The notes beneath the pieces are model-generated. The model had not been told where the DNA came from. It worked only from the letters and a program-made list of their open reading frames with translations, and did no database searches. From NCBI GenBank assembly GCA_951406725.2, contig OX597822.1, forward strand, positions 101,184,001-101,248,000: a stretch of 64,000 nucleotides of DNA, read 5' to 3'. Every line of letters begins with the position of its first letter. Position 1 is the stretch's first letter. The stretch comes from Octopus vulgaris. Taxonomy: Eukaryota. Below are positions 13,732 to 27,130 of this stretch, one piece after another. The position numbers were made by a program, and so were the translations under genes.

Positions 13732-13805
13732 CTCTTACCGATGAATTCTCCCTGAGCAAATAAATTATCTTTATTGCTGAAAAGAACGAAACTGCAGTCT
13801 AAGAG
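13732..13805 (+). ncRNA. Type I hammerhead ribozyme-like motif (one core mismatch)
   Basis: CTCTTA-CCGATGA-stem II (TTCT/AGAA with hairpin extension)-GAAA-CTGCAG-TC-TAAGAG. Stem I is 6 perfect bp, stem III is palindromic, and the cleavage triplet is GTC. Confidence 0.65.
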
Positions 13806-13970
13806 GAACCGAGTTAGTAAATGTTTTTATTTTCATTTCACTAAATTTATCTAGCTTCTGTGTTTCTAGCACATATTTCGCCTTTTAATGTACTGATATA
13901 TGAATAATATATGGCCTGAGCTAGTTTCACCAGCGATAATAATTAATTTTATTTTATCGCAATTTGACTT

Positions 13971-14024
<54 letters not shown>

Positions 14025-14034
14025 GTGTGTATAT

Positions 14035-14240
14035 GTTTGTTCTCCCAACATCGCTTGACAACCGATGCTGGTGTTTTTACGTCCCCGTAACTTAGCGTTT
14101 CGGCAAAAGAGACCGAAAGAATAAGTACTAGGCTTACAGAGAATAGGTCCTGAGGTCATTTGCTCGACTAAATGCGGTGCTCCAGCATGGCGGCAGTCAA
14201 ATGACTGAAACAAGTAAAAGAATAATAGAATAAAAGAATA
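14035..14240 (+). mobile_element. SINE family B, 3' half
   Basis: CGCTTGACAACCGATGCTGG...GCGGTGCTCCAGCATGG...CAGTCAAATGACTGAAACAAGTAAAAG. Confidence 0.85.
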
Positions 14241-14674
14241 TTTGTGTATGTGTGTATGAGTGTAGGAATCTCCAGTCTCTCCATCAAATCGATGTTACCT
14301 GCACAGTTGCACGCTGTACCGCTCGTAAATAACTGAAGTGATTGCAGAGTAACAATTGGTTATGTGTTCTGATAAAAAAAATACACAATGCACCAACCGT
14401 TCCAAGAAGTGAAACTACGATCCCGTGATCACAGGTGTTGTACCCTAATCACTTGGCCATGCGTTCTCGAATATATATACGTGTGTGTGTGTGTGTGTGT
14501 GTGTGGACGTGTATGTGTGTGTGTGTGTTTTAAGACATCTAATCTAGTGTTCTACCGTATAAATACACTCATGCACGCCAGTAAATATATATCCCAGAAG
14601 AGTAAACTGTTACGTTAATAAATATAAGACGGACTAATTATTCATAAGGATTCTAAGTTCACGAAGGTACGTAG

Positions 14675-14960
14675 TTCCTTCTCGAGCCATGCCTGGCTCA
14701 TAAGGGCGGGTTTCCGGTTTCCTTGGCGTATAGGTTTCCCACCTGGACGGAACGCCGGTCCGTGGCAGGTGAGCTGCAAAATGCAGGAGGAAAGAGTGAG
14801 AGAAAGTTGTGGCGAAGGAGTCAGCAGAAGTTCGTCATTACCTTCTGCCGGAGCCGCGTGGAGCTTACGTGTTTCGCTCATAAACACACACATCACCCAG
14901 TCTGAGACTCGAACCCCCCCCCCCCGCGATCCCTCTAACCACTAGGCCATGTACCTCCAC
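14675..14960 (-). mobile_element. tRNA-headed SINE, family D (possible V-domain-like segment)
   Basis: Minus strand TGGCCTAGTGGTTAG (A-box) and GGTTCGAGTC (B-box). CCTGCCACGGACCGGCGTTCCGTCCAGG resembles the V-SINE domain as recalled. Confidence 0.6.
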
Positions 14961-15656
14961 GAATGTACGTAGCTAAAAGAATAAACAATATTTTGCTTGG
15001 AAACAACAGTACCAGATAAAAATAAAAAATATCGTTCATTCCAAGATGTTAAATTAGACGGCGTTTGATTAAGGAAATACAAGAAAATTATTTTCTGCTT
15101 TAAATCTAATTAATTAGAGAATATGCATTAAAAATGTAAGTTTGATTACAGCCTTTAAACGGATATAAATGGAATACTTGATTTACGATTAATGAGTAAA
15201 CGAAGTAGAGAAACAGTTTATGTAAAATCATCGCATGTAAATATTAAATATTTAAATCTTATTAATTACAAACATTATGAATTATTTGATAAGCAGAATC
15301 AATGCAAATTTAAATAATTGTTTCACCTTTCACCAAATAAAGAAGATTAATTCAAAGACAGCCAACGATCCCAACACAAATATATTTTCGTTGCCATTTT
15401 GAAATTCACTTTTCCAAACAATTACTCAAGTTAAGCTTCCTTAAAATACTATCTTGAAAGATATCTTTTATCCTTCGCTAGTTTTAGTCATTGGCATGCG
15501 GCCATGGTGGGCAAACCTTGAAGGGTTTTCGTCGAACAAATCGGCCTCAGCACTTATTTTTCTAAGTTACTGACGTAAACAAACCAACACAGGTTGCCTA
15601 GTAGTGTGTGCAGGGGCAAACGCAGACATACGCACCACACACACATGTCGATACAA

Positions 15657-15734
<78 letters not shown>

Positions 15735-15735
<1 letters not shown>

Positions 15736-16285
15736 ATATACATGCATATATGGGTACAGGACACCCAAAAAAACCCCGTTGAACACAATGAGAAACGAAA
15801 ACATAAAAGCAAAAACATGGAGACGAACTTTTTTTCAAACAACGAAAAAACAGAGTACAAGACGTACAACACAAGGAATATTCCCCTTCTTCAGTTGTCC
15901 CTGTTTCGTTTACTCCGCGTTCGAAGGTAAGGACAAGACGCAACTTCATTGAAACAATCCTTCCCGCAAAGCAAATTAAATAAAATTTGGGATTTTTTGC
16001 AGAGGGGTAAAATTGGTAACAAGAACAGGACAGTAAGAATAAAACAAGACAGTAAAAAGAATACAAGTAAAAACAGTAAAACACAGGACTTACCTTCGAA
16101 ACGTGGAGTAGACGAAACAGGGACAACTGAAGAAGGGGAATATTCCTTGTGTTGTACGTCTTGTACTCTGTTTTTTTCGTTGTTTGAAGAAAGTTCGTTT
16201 CCATGTTTTTATTTTTATGTTTTCGTTTCTCATTGTGTTCGACGTTTTTTTGGTGTCCAGTACCCATATATGCATGTATATATAC
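15735..16285. mobile_element. Inverted-repeat element (~195-bp arms, ~157-bp spacer), probable PLE inverted terminus
   Basis: 15735-15931 is the reverse complement of 16089-16285. It lies in TA/TG microsatellite, and a single-orientation relative is at 46860-47260. Confidence 0.7.
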
Positions 16286-16343
16286 ATATAGATGTAGGTA
16301 TGTACATATATGTATGTATATATGCATATATTTATATATTATT

Positions 16344-16379
<36 letters not shown>

Positions 16380-16462
16380 GTTTATGTATATATGTATATG
16401 TATACATACATATATGTGTGCGTGTATGTGTGTATGTGTCTGTCTGTCTGTCTCTTTCCCTT

Positions 16463-16493
<31 letters not shown>

Positions 16494-19069
16494 GCAATTA
16501 TGATTGCAAGTAGTTTGTATGCTTAAAGTACATATCGTTTTCTTTTTGTTCTTCCTTATGCAGTGATTTTGTTTAAAATATTTCGAGTAATTTTGTGAGT
16601 CTATTTTATAATTTACGCATTCATTATTCGAACGCAAGGAAGCACACATGCTGTTTCGCAAATACAGACGCATAGACGTTTCCTCACAAATACACGCACG
16701 TGTTTATGGTGGTTGTGCTAAAGTGTGATTTTCGAATATGTCATGTATATCTGTGTGATTGTGCTGTGTGTAAGTCTGGGTTATCACAAATATATCTATT
16801 CTACTCTATATTTGTATCATTATTATCAAACAATGCTCAACGTATTCTTTATATTTAAAACCAAGCATTTAACACGCCTTAGGAAATGCCACATTTTACT
16901 ACAGATGTTAATAATTTGCCAAACTCCTATCCATAGAGTAAGAAGGTGAAAAATAGCACAAAACGGACTAAATAAATATGGAAAAATTATTAAAAATGCT
17001 TTAATGCTATGAGAAAATAGACACATAAATTGTTGTTCTATTTTTGCTTGAGCGATATACCTTCTCCAAATAAACACTGTTGGAGTGTACGTGGTTATTA
17101 CACGATTTATAGAAGATTGAATGCTTCGAGGGTAAAATCTAAATACAATACTTCAAACTGAGACCAAGGTGAAATTTAGGGTAAACAAAAATGTTTTCTG
17201 GGAGTTAACAATTTAAACACTTACCAGTAGATGTAATATTGTTTTACAAGAAAAATAATAGTTTATTATTTTTAGTAGATTTTTTATAGACTTACATATG
17301 AAAATCGAACGGTTCCCTCAGCATTCTAATAAAAGGAAATGACTCAACAGCCAGGATAAATGTAGTTGGTTGCATTGTAATTAGAATAGATAGTTAAGTA
17401 AATAAAGAAGAGTGTTTGGAAATTATGGCTTTCACTACCCATGAAATAAGCCTCAAGCGTCAAATATATTTCGTAAACAAGATATTACCAGGAATATTGA
17501 GGCTAGAATGGCGGAGTGCTACTGTTGAGGAATAATTTTATCCATTACTGAAGTAGCAAAGTAGTTGTAAGTTGCCGGGTTCAGAATATCAGCAATAATC
17601 TTACTACTGTTATTGTATTGTGTTCTTCCATAAATTTGATGTTTTTTCTTTGTTTAAACACCTAAAAATCAGGTGATTATTTTACTGGGGAACCATGCTA
17701 AAACTTTGTTAAAACTATTCACTTTTTATAAACTTTTGAATATAAAAACTACATTAGATAATGAAATTATTAAGAATATTAAATCATATTGTCTTATACT
17801 ATCTTGAGAGATATCTTTTATCCTTCGCTAGTTTTAGTCATTGGCTTGCGGCCATGGTGGGCAAACCTTGAAGGGTTTTCGTCGAACAAATCGACCTCAG
17901 CACTTACGTTTTATTAATACGTTATATTAATTTCATACATTGACATAAAGCCATTGGAATAGCATTGCTTGTCACTCATTTTTATTTAAATTTTTTTGTA
18001 TATTTTGAAAATTTATTTAACTAAACTTAATTGATAACTTTTATGCTTGTTTGTTCGGTACGTGGAGAAAACTCGCACACTAATTTTTAATGAGTACTAT
18101 TGTATCGCATGGCATGCAAATATTTCGTAGTCAAAGCAAAGAAAATGGTGAGATGCGTTGAAAGAACCATTTCCCCTCTCAGGGATCATAACTACGGACG
18201 GTATACTCTATTCCATTCAGGTTGAGTAGGTAAGTGGTTTAGAGGCCTAGATATTTCCATCTGAATGTTTCCATCGTTACTGGATGTTTCCATCGTTATG
18301 TGTTTGAAATGAAGCCTACCGGTGAACAGCTGGTACGTAGTCAGATAGTAATCATCCGTTTGTCGAGTGATGAATCCTGGTTCTGGTGCTGATTTCACAA
18401 GGTTGACCCTGATGAAGGTTTCGCTGCAGGTCGCTTCCTAGATTAGAGACATTTCGCGCTGAAATGGCTAGATTGTATAGCCTTGTGACATATTGCCATC
18501 CCACAATCCCATTCCGCTTGCCTGGACATTTTGCTGTCGAATTAAAGGTATTTCACTTCGCTTACTATTGAGAAAGGCATGAATATCATACAGTAATACT
18601 TCAGTGATAATACTAATATGAGGTAATCTGTTTATATCACCAAGCAATTTAAATAAAAAGTGAGAATAGAAATTTGCAGTAATCAAAATTAATAATTTGA
18701 TTTAACTTAAAAACTAAACATGAATAAACAGTAATATCGAAATCATTAGCAAAATCAATAAATCGAAGTCTGCTCTTCAAAGTGGTTTATAACAAAAGCA
18801 CAGTAAATGATAGTTCATTTGAAATTAAGCATCAAAGTGTAAAATAACAAACGTCATAATTATCTTTGCATCTACTAAGATTCCGTCGGAACATTACGAC
18901 TAGAATGACCTAAATATCACACCGGAAAGTATATTAAGAAATGCTATATGCTTTATTTTTGTTGTAATCACGATTATTTATTGAGATCATGCTAAACGTG
19001 AAAGTACATTTGTAGTTATATCCGCTGTCATATTACATTCATACAGCATCGATTTCGTCTGCAAATTAT

Positions 19070-19470
19070 TTTCTACTCTAGGCAAAAGGCTCGAATGTTT
19101 TTTGGGGCGGGGGCCATTCGATTAGATCCACCCCAGTACGCAACTGCTACTTAATTTGTCAACGCCGAAAGGATGAAAGGCAAAGTCGACCTCGGCGGAA
19201 TTTGAACACAGAACGTAAAGGCAGACGAAATACCTATTTCTTTACTACCCACAAGGGGCTAAACACAGAAGGGACAAACAAGGACAGAAAAACGGATTAA
19301 GTCGATTATATCGACCCCAGTGCGTAACTGGTACTTAATTTATCGACCCCGAAAGGATGAAAGGCAAAGTCGACCTCGGCGGAATTTGAACTCAGAACGT
19401 AACGGCAGAGGAAATACCGCTAAGCATTTCGCCCCAGCGTGCTAACGTTTCTACCAGACTACTGCCTTAT
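19070..19470 (-). mobile_element. SINE family C dimer
   Basis: Full monomer 19233-19468 joined at GAAATACCTATTTCTTT to a 5'-truncated monomer. Confidence 0.85.
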
Positions 19471-19630
19471 TTGTCTGGAAATTTATAATTTTTACAAGTT
19501 AAGAAGTACAGATGACTGAAGCTAAAGCGCACCCATGATCTTTAGATTGATCAATCTAATGATCAATTTTCTGCATTCTATGTCTTGCAGACGGTATAAA
19601 TGACAAGTGCAAATTTATATTGTAATACTG

Positions 19631-19860
19631 AAGGCGAGCTGGCAGAATCGTTAGCACACCGGGCGAAATGCTTTGCGGTATTTCGTACGCCGCTGCGTTC
19701 TGAGTTCAAATTCCGCCGAGGTCGACTTTGCCTTTCATCCTTTCGCGGTCGATAAATTAAGGACCAGTTACACACTGGGGTCGTTGTAATCGACTTAATT
19801 CGTTTGTCTGTCTTTGTTTGTCCCCTATATGTTTGGCCCCTTGTGGGTAATAAGAAAACA
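19631..19860 (+). mobile_element. SINE family C monomer with an 18-bp target-site duplication
   Basis: TATATTGTAATACTGAAG at 19616-19633 and 19861-19878. Confidence 0.9.
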
Positions 19861-21232
19861 TATATTGTAATACTGAAGTAAAATACTGCTATAGAGATAA
19901 GAGGGGGGTTGCGAAACTATTTATTTAATCTCGAAAGGTATTTCATATCCCAGTGACCTAGTATTCCATAGATGTTAACTTATAAGATTCAAACTGCTAA
20001 GTAAGAAGAAAATAAAAATTATATATTTTATGGAAGAACCAGCGTGATTCTGTGAAAGGTAAAAACCGTATCTTTTCAATTTATCATCACAATCTAACTG
20101 ACGCACTTTTATACAATTCCCGGCTACCCAATTTCCTCTCATTAAGCAAAGATTAAATAGAGGATAAAGAAAGTACTATTTGCCCGAGATAGCATGCAGT
20201 GGGATCGAGCATGAGACCTACTGTGAGCAAAGCATGCTTCGTACCACATTGACAATATTGCGCCATTGTGTACAAGAAAACTATATCATATATCTATTTA
20301 CCGACTTAACTGTTGTGCCCTTTCTTTCTAAATAATTGCGTAAGTTATGTGCATTCATCTCGATTGTTCAGCAGTGACGTGACCTCAACAGAATTTTCTA
20401 CACTTTACCAAAATCTACGAATGTGAAAACTATATTAGATAATGAAAACAGCGATAATATTAATAAGATATATCTCTCTAATATAACAGGATATAATAAT
20501 TTCATAGATTGGCCTAAAGCCATTGGAATGGAAGATTTTGAGAAATAGAAACCGTACCCAAAAGTAAAAATATATAAGGTAATTAACATAGCCTAAGTAC
20601 ATAATAAACAAGATTTAAAATATTGTCTGTTACCCCACCATACAGACGTCAATATTAAGATTTAATGAGAAACCGTTTTAGATTTTTTTCTTCTCTGATC
20701 TGTATATCAATAATATTTTCGATCATATCAATTCAAAATAAATAGATAAATAAATAAATGAAAGCTAATATTTTTTTAGACAAATATTAACAAAGATTTT
20801 AGTTTTATGTTTGGAAATATATTAGATCTATTATTGTTATTGTTTAATTAATTTTATCTTATAAATTAATTTAGTTGTTTATCTTCAATTAGCGAAATAA
20901 TAACGAAATTTCATTAAGAGAAAACGTTGCTTTTAGAAGGATATTAAACACCCAACTTTTATTCACTTCAAAAACGTTTCGTTCCAGGAGTTTTCAACAA
21001 CACTTCATCCACTTCATAACAATTCATTTTTGCTTTAAAAATTTATATCACTTAACGGAGTTAAGAACTTCTAAAATGCTTATAGACACAAAACTAAATA
21101 TTAAGTGTAGATACACAAAAATACAATCATATTACATAAGATATGCGGGGATAAATCGCCTAATATTTATTTATAAAACGACATTTTCTGCAGTCTAATA
21201 TATCGCGTCATTATTAATGATAATTATTATTA

Positions 21233-21630
21233 AGGCGGCGAGCTGGCAGAAACGATAGCACGCCGGGCGAAATGCATAGCCGTATTTCATCTGCCGTTAC
21301 GTTCTGAGTTCAAATTCCGTCGAGGTCGACTTTGTCTTTCATCCTTTCGGGGTCGATAGATTAAGTACCAGTTACGCACTGGGGTCGATGTAATCGACTT
21401 AATCCGTTTGTCTGTCCTTGTTTGTCTTCTCTATGTTTAGCCCCTTGTGGGTAGTAAAGAAATAGGTATTTCGTCTGTTTTTAAGTTCTGAGTTCAAATT
21501 CCACCGCGGTCGACTTTGCCTTTCATCCTTTCGAGATCAATAAATTAAGTACCAGTTGCATACTGGGGTCGATCTCATCGACTGGCCCCCTCCCCCAAAA
21601 TTTTCCGCCTTGTGCCTAAAGCAGAGAAGA
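21233..21630 (+). mobile_element. SINE family C dimer
   Basis: AAGGCGGCGAGCTGGCAGAAACG...GAGTTCAAATTCC...CTTTCATCCTTTCGGGGTCGATA. The second monomer starts at about 21465. Confidence 0.88.
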
Positions 21631-22395
21631 ATATTTATTATTACTGTAAAGTGCAGCTATAATTATTGTTTAACAAACCAACCAGATAATTGGGAGTAGG
21701 ATCGAAAACGCATTTTCCTCTTTATAAAACAGTGTTGGAATCGCATCTAAAATGAAAAAGTGGCTGTTCTTACTACAATAATTAATATCAGCCCTTCAAA
21801 AGTCAGCCCTAAATCGACCATGATTGTTTTCCTTCAGGAATCATTAAAATGCATCTGAAATCTACTGGTATTGATCAATACTTCCCTTTAAAGTTAGTGA
21901 GTTTGAGATGAGCTAAATATAACAAGATAATCCCCATACAGCAGACGGGAAGTTGCCAATTGCGGAGATCGCTACATTTCAATTTCTTGTTGACGCATTT
22001 CTATGCTATTTATGCTGCTACTTCCGTTGGTCAAGGTACGAACTAAACTTCCGATTGTCTCTTTTTTAAAACATCGTTGTTTTCTACGGAAACAATGACT
22101 GAAGCATTGATATATACCAAATATTGTGTCTTTGTTTTATCTGTGTTACATTTCAAGGAATTTGAAGAAGATATTTCAAGCGAGAGCTTTAAACAATCTC
22201 AATGACATGAAAGACACAATTAGTAAAATAACGGGAATGAGGATAGAAACTGTTCTACAAAATTGGGAGCTTACCATAACGGTACAGGGAATGGATATCA
22301 ATAATTGAGTACAGATTATCATGAGGCTAAAGCACTCTTTTCTTAAGTCTTCTGCGTTTACAGTTGGGTAATTCACTTTATCTAAATCACCAGGA

Positions 22396-22558
22396 TAGAG
22401 GAGTGGTTGTGTGGTAAGTAGCTTGCTTACCAACCACATGGTTCCGGGTTCAGTCCCACTGCATGGCACCTTGGGCAAGTGTCTTCTACTATAGCCTCGA
22501 GCCGACCAAAGCCTTGTGAGTGGATTTGGTAGACGGAAACTGAAAGAAGCTCGTCGTA

Positions 22559-22628
<70 letters not shown>

Positions 22629-22840
22629 TATACGTTTGTCTGTCTGTGTTTGTCCACCCAATTGACAACCAATGCTGGTGTGTTTATGTCTCTGTAACTT
22701 AGCGGTTAGGCAACAGGGATCGATAGAATAAGTACTAGGCTTACAAAGAATAAGTCCTGGGGTCGATTTGCTCGACTAAAAGGCGGTGCTCCAGCGTAGC
22801 CACAGTCAAATGACTGAAACAAGTAAAATAGTAAGAGTAA
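22396..22840 (+). mobile_element. SINE family B, full length, with an internal TA/TG microsatellite
   Basis: tRNA-like head (GTGTGGTAAG; GGTTCAGTCCC), CORE-like CCTTGGGCAAGTGTCTT, internal microsatellite, tail CAGTCAAATGACTGAAACAAGT. Confidence 0.88.
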
Positions 22841-24556
22841 TGCTCTTATTTTTGCACTTGAACTTCAGAAATCCCGTATTGCCATTCAGTTGCAAAATAT
22901 AGAACATTTCGCATGTCTGAAAAGAAAGCAAAATTGTTTCGTAATAACAACTTCTTAGCTCACCAAGATATTAATTTAAATCCATATCACATCACTTAAC
23001 CCGTTTCCTTTGGGATTGAATGGCCATTATAATGTATCATACTTTCTGCTTCATTATAAACCATGATGTAGTACTGTTCGGCAAGTGAAATGAAGTTAAT
23101 ATTACTAGCAACCATATTAATACATTCAATATTATAAATTGCCGGAAGTATACCGTGTGTTGGATAATGTTTATTAATGACTACGTTATTGCTGACGGCA
23201 TTGCTGTATTTGACTGCACTGAAAATCAATTATTATCCTATAATATCATTCGTTACCAGATTGATAATGAAAATTAATTCCATGATGATATTCATTAACG
23301 AGTTAACTCATGTAAATTGTATAACAGGAGGTAGACGAAAGTAAAGAAAAAGAACAAGGAAGTAATGACGATGTACGAAAGATACGAAAATGAGAGCAAT
23401 AAAGAGTGGATTTGAATGTACATACCTCACAATTGTTGCTAATTGATAATTCTCTTTATTTCTATGTTATATAGACTCGTTGAATGATATGGAAAAAGAT
23501 GACGTAATTATTTTACACCGAAATGAAATGTGTTAACTTTAAACGTAGTATATCTGTATATTTGATATTCTTATTTAACATTATGTATCAGAGAGATACT
23601 TGCAATAAATGAGAGTTGTAATACTTTTTGGTTTTCTCGAGAGCATAAGTAACGGAAGCAATAGCACAGAGATGTGAATCGAAATTCGGTAAAAGATTCT
23701 GTTTGACAAGATGTTATCTATTCGGTGCTTCTAGGCCGTTTCTACGTGGTCACTAGACTTTCTAGGAATAGTATTCAAAATCTACTGAAATCACAGCCTG
23801 CTGTCTTAAAAACGGAGAATGGGACATCCGATAGTGTTGTCTTAGATCCCATTAAATTTATGATATAGATGCGGTCTGGATACTTTGTTATAAGCCTCCT
23901 CCATAAACGTTGACACGGAGCTAAACAACAGCAACAACGATGATAACAGTAACAACAATAACAACAACAACAGCAGCAATTAATCAATTAATTTTAATGA
24001 TGAAATCGATAAAAAACATACGTTACAACAATTTCACATGCAGCGATATGTCAAAATACACACAAATATAAGAAATCAAAACTAATATATAATCGTAAAT
24101 TTAACGCTCAAATTTCTTTTCTGGATTATGGGTTGTGCGGTCTGTTTGGGGTGAATTAATTGGAAGGGATATCCGATTACACAACTGTTCGCTTTAAGCC
24201 AGCGTAATACAATATTTTAACTCCCATAACAATTTGTGATGATTTACATTAGATGCATTGAACGCATACATAGTTTTAGTTGCCAACACAATCCATATCA
24301 TCACTGACTATAGAATGCAAGTAACTGACAGTTTAGGTTAGTTTTCTAAGATCCTACTGACTGAGTGCCCTGCAATCCTCTGCGAAAGACATCATGTAAT
24401 ATTTTCTGTCTGAAACCTAAGTATTTTGGCTGAGGAATGAAACCAATATGTCACTGGGTATGGATAGCTAATTGCAAACTTGTACAGGCTACAAGTTTGG
24501 TGATGGTTGTAATATATTGTATAAAAGTACATTTTACATGTTTGTGTATGGATCTA

Positions 24557-25230
24557 CGAGGGAGATTAAAAAACTACACAAACTCTTGTTTTTTCAATGT
24601 ATTTACACAAAACAGGGGATAAACAAGTAAGTCATTTTTCTATATTGGCTCCTTCCTTTTCGATGCACTTGGTCAAGCGGTCCACAAGCTTGCGTATCGC
24701 CTCCTCCTGCACGTCTTCATCTGTAGGAAATCGACGATTACCTCGTAAACCATCTTTGAGCGGGAGTTACAAAGAGATGATTGTCGGAAGTGACGAGATC
24801 TGGGCTGTAGGCAGGATATTCCAGCACCTCAAAACCCATTGGTTAATGGTTTCAACGGTCTGGGCGGCCGTGTGTGGGCGTGCATTGTCATCCAACAACA
24901 AAACCTTTTTCCACAATAGGCTTCGACGTTTGGTGCGAATTGTTGGCTTCAGTTTGTTGGCCCTCAAAGCACTGTATCTTGCACTGTTGAGCGTACACCC
25001 CTTTTCCAGAGAAATCGGAACACTGATCCTTGTTCTTCTTTGGTGCACGTTGCTAGTGGAGCGGGCACGCTTACACAGTAAAACCAGAAATAGAGACAGC
25101 CTCATCAGGCTCAAACTTCAATCACGTGACAACAATAGTACCAACTATAAGAACGTAGGTGCAGAAGACAGTGTGACAATAATAAAGACATATTATAGCA
25201 AAAGTGTAGCTAACTTTTGACTTACACTCG
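24557..25230 (-). mobile_element. Internally deleted mariner transposon
   Basis: Termini (TA)CGAGGGAG.. and ..CACTCG(TA). Peptide LNSARY..LKPTIRTKRR..VLLLDDNARPHTA plus a frameshifted YSPDL. Confidence 0.8.
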
Positions 25231-25259
25231 TATATTTCTTATATATATATATATCATAT

Positions 25260-25812
25260 TCCTACCACTCTATGTCACGCTGGTGAGACCCATATTGGAG
25301 TACGGGATTCAAGCCTCTTCTCCTTATCTCCTCAAAGACATACAACATCTCGAAAGAGTCCAGAAGCTGGCTACCCGCATGGTTCTTGGTCTCAAGCATT
25401 TGTCTTATGAAGAAAGGCTGAAGACGCTCGACCTTTATTCTCTAGAAAAACGACGACGCCGTAGAGATTTCATTCTCGCTCACAACATCATAAGCGGAAA
25501 GTGTAACCTCTCGAAAGAGCTGTTCTTCACTCCTGCTCCAGAGTGTCGACTGCGGGGTCATTCCGAAAAGCTCTACCTGCGACGATTTCATCTCAATCGA
25601 AGGGGAGGACTTTCTCCGTCCGGGTTGCGGATCCGTGGAACAAGCTGCCAGACGAGATGGTGAAGATGCCGACGACCGCTTTGTTCAAAGTCTCCCTTGA
25701 CCAAAAGTGGCCTGAACTCTTTACATGAACACCACCCTGTACTTAACTCCATGTACCCCTACATGGCCTTGCTATTTGCTTTTGAGCCAAAATTAACTAA
25801 CTAACTAACTAA
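25260..25812 (+). mobile_element. 5'-truncated CR1-clade LINE (RT C-terminus, 3' UTR, (AACT)n tail)
   Basis: LYVTLVRPILEY, LERVQKLATRMV, SYEERL, RLRGH, FSVRVADPWNKLP; tail TAACTAACTAACTAACT. Confidence 0.88.
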
Positions 25813-26796
25813 TTCATAAGAGAATATAAAGATAAAATCACGTTCATGATTTTTATCAAGTAGTAAGCATGCTATAAAAGTTTATAGGCAGTTAATACAT
25901 TAAATTAATAATAATGTATGTATGTATATAAATATATCAAGGTAGATCGGGCGAAAACGACCTTTTTCTAGCTTGCTTGAAGTGATGATGCCTTCAAAAG
26001 CTACCAAAAACTCCAGCTAAAGTATAAACGTGACTGAAACCCTATCCGTATATTGTGCTACGATGAAAAAAAAAAATTTTTTTGCTTTAATACAGAAATT
26101 GAAACCGATTCACGTGTATATTTTAGCTGGAGCTTTTGGTAGTTTTTAAATATATATATATATTCTTATATATACAGAGAGAGAAAGAGAGAGAGAGAGA
26201 GGGGGGAGAGAGAAGGAGAGAGGGAGAGAGAGAGAGAGAGAAGGAGTGAGAGAGAGAGAAAGAGAGAGAAACCATATCAAATTGGGAGGTATGAGAGGTG
26301 AATATATTCATTTAATTATTTGTCATCCTTAGGGTTACGCCCGTTTCGCAGCCTTAATCATGCATATACATATATGCATTTATATGTATATTTTTATATG
26401 CATGTGTATATAAATATATATATATTATCTGCATATGTTTATGCGTGTTTCTGTACATATTTATGTCTGTATGTCTTTATACTTATGTGTATATATACAT
26501 ATATGTCTGCGTGTATAATGTTCGTTTTCGTGTGGTCTCTATGTATATTAATGATTATAAGACTATAACATCTATGTAAGCGTGTTTGTGTATTTTTAGT
26601 ATATCAATACCTATGCGTATGTCTTTCTACGTAGGCATGAGTATTGTTTTGGTTTCACTACATTACATTGATATAGGAAGTATTTAGGGCTCTTTGATCT
26701 TTTAACCCTGTCTGAAAGTAACTATTCAATACTATAGCTTGGTTTATCCTTTATATCTCCAGCTGTTTGTTCCTTATTGAATTCACTTACATTACA

Positions 26797-27130
26797 GCGC
26801 ATGGCTCAGTGGTTAGAGCGTCGAGCTTACGATCGTGAAGTTGTGAGCTCGAATCCCGGACCGGGCTGCGTGTTGTGTTCTTGAGCAAGGCACTTTATTT
26901 CACGTTGCTCCAGTTGACTCAGCTGTAGAAATGAGTTGCGACGTCACTGGTGCCAAGCTGTATCGACCTTTGTTTTTCCCTTGGATAACACTGGTGGCGT
27001 GGAGAGGGGAGGCTGGTATGCATGGGCGACTGCTGGTCTTCCATAAAACAACCTTGCCCGGACTTGTGTCTAGGAGGGTAACTTTCTAGGTGCAATCCCA
27101 TGGTCATTCATGACCGAAGGGGGTCTTTAC
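26797..27130 (+). mobile_element. tRNA-derived SINE, family A
   Basis: Colinear with 2090-2421. Confidence 0.85.

Noticed and set aside
17420-17661. Minus-strand exon-like segment after TGATTTTTAG
   Set aside because: All three frames hit stops before a convincing donor.
18190-18545. GC-richer stretch resembling coding sequence
   Set aside because: Stops interrupt the minus-strand frames I read, and no motif is recognised.
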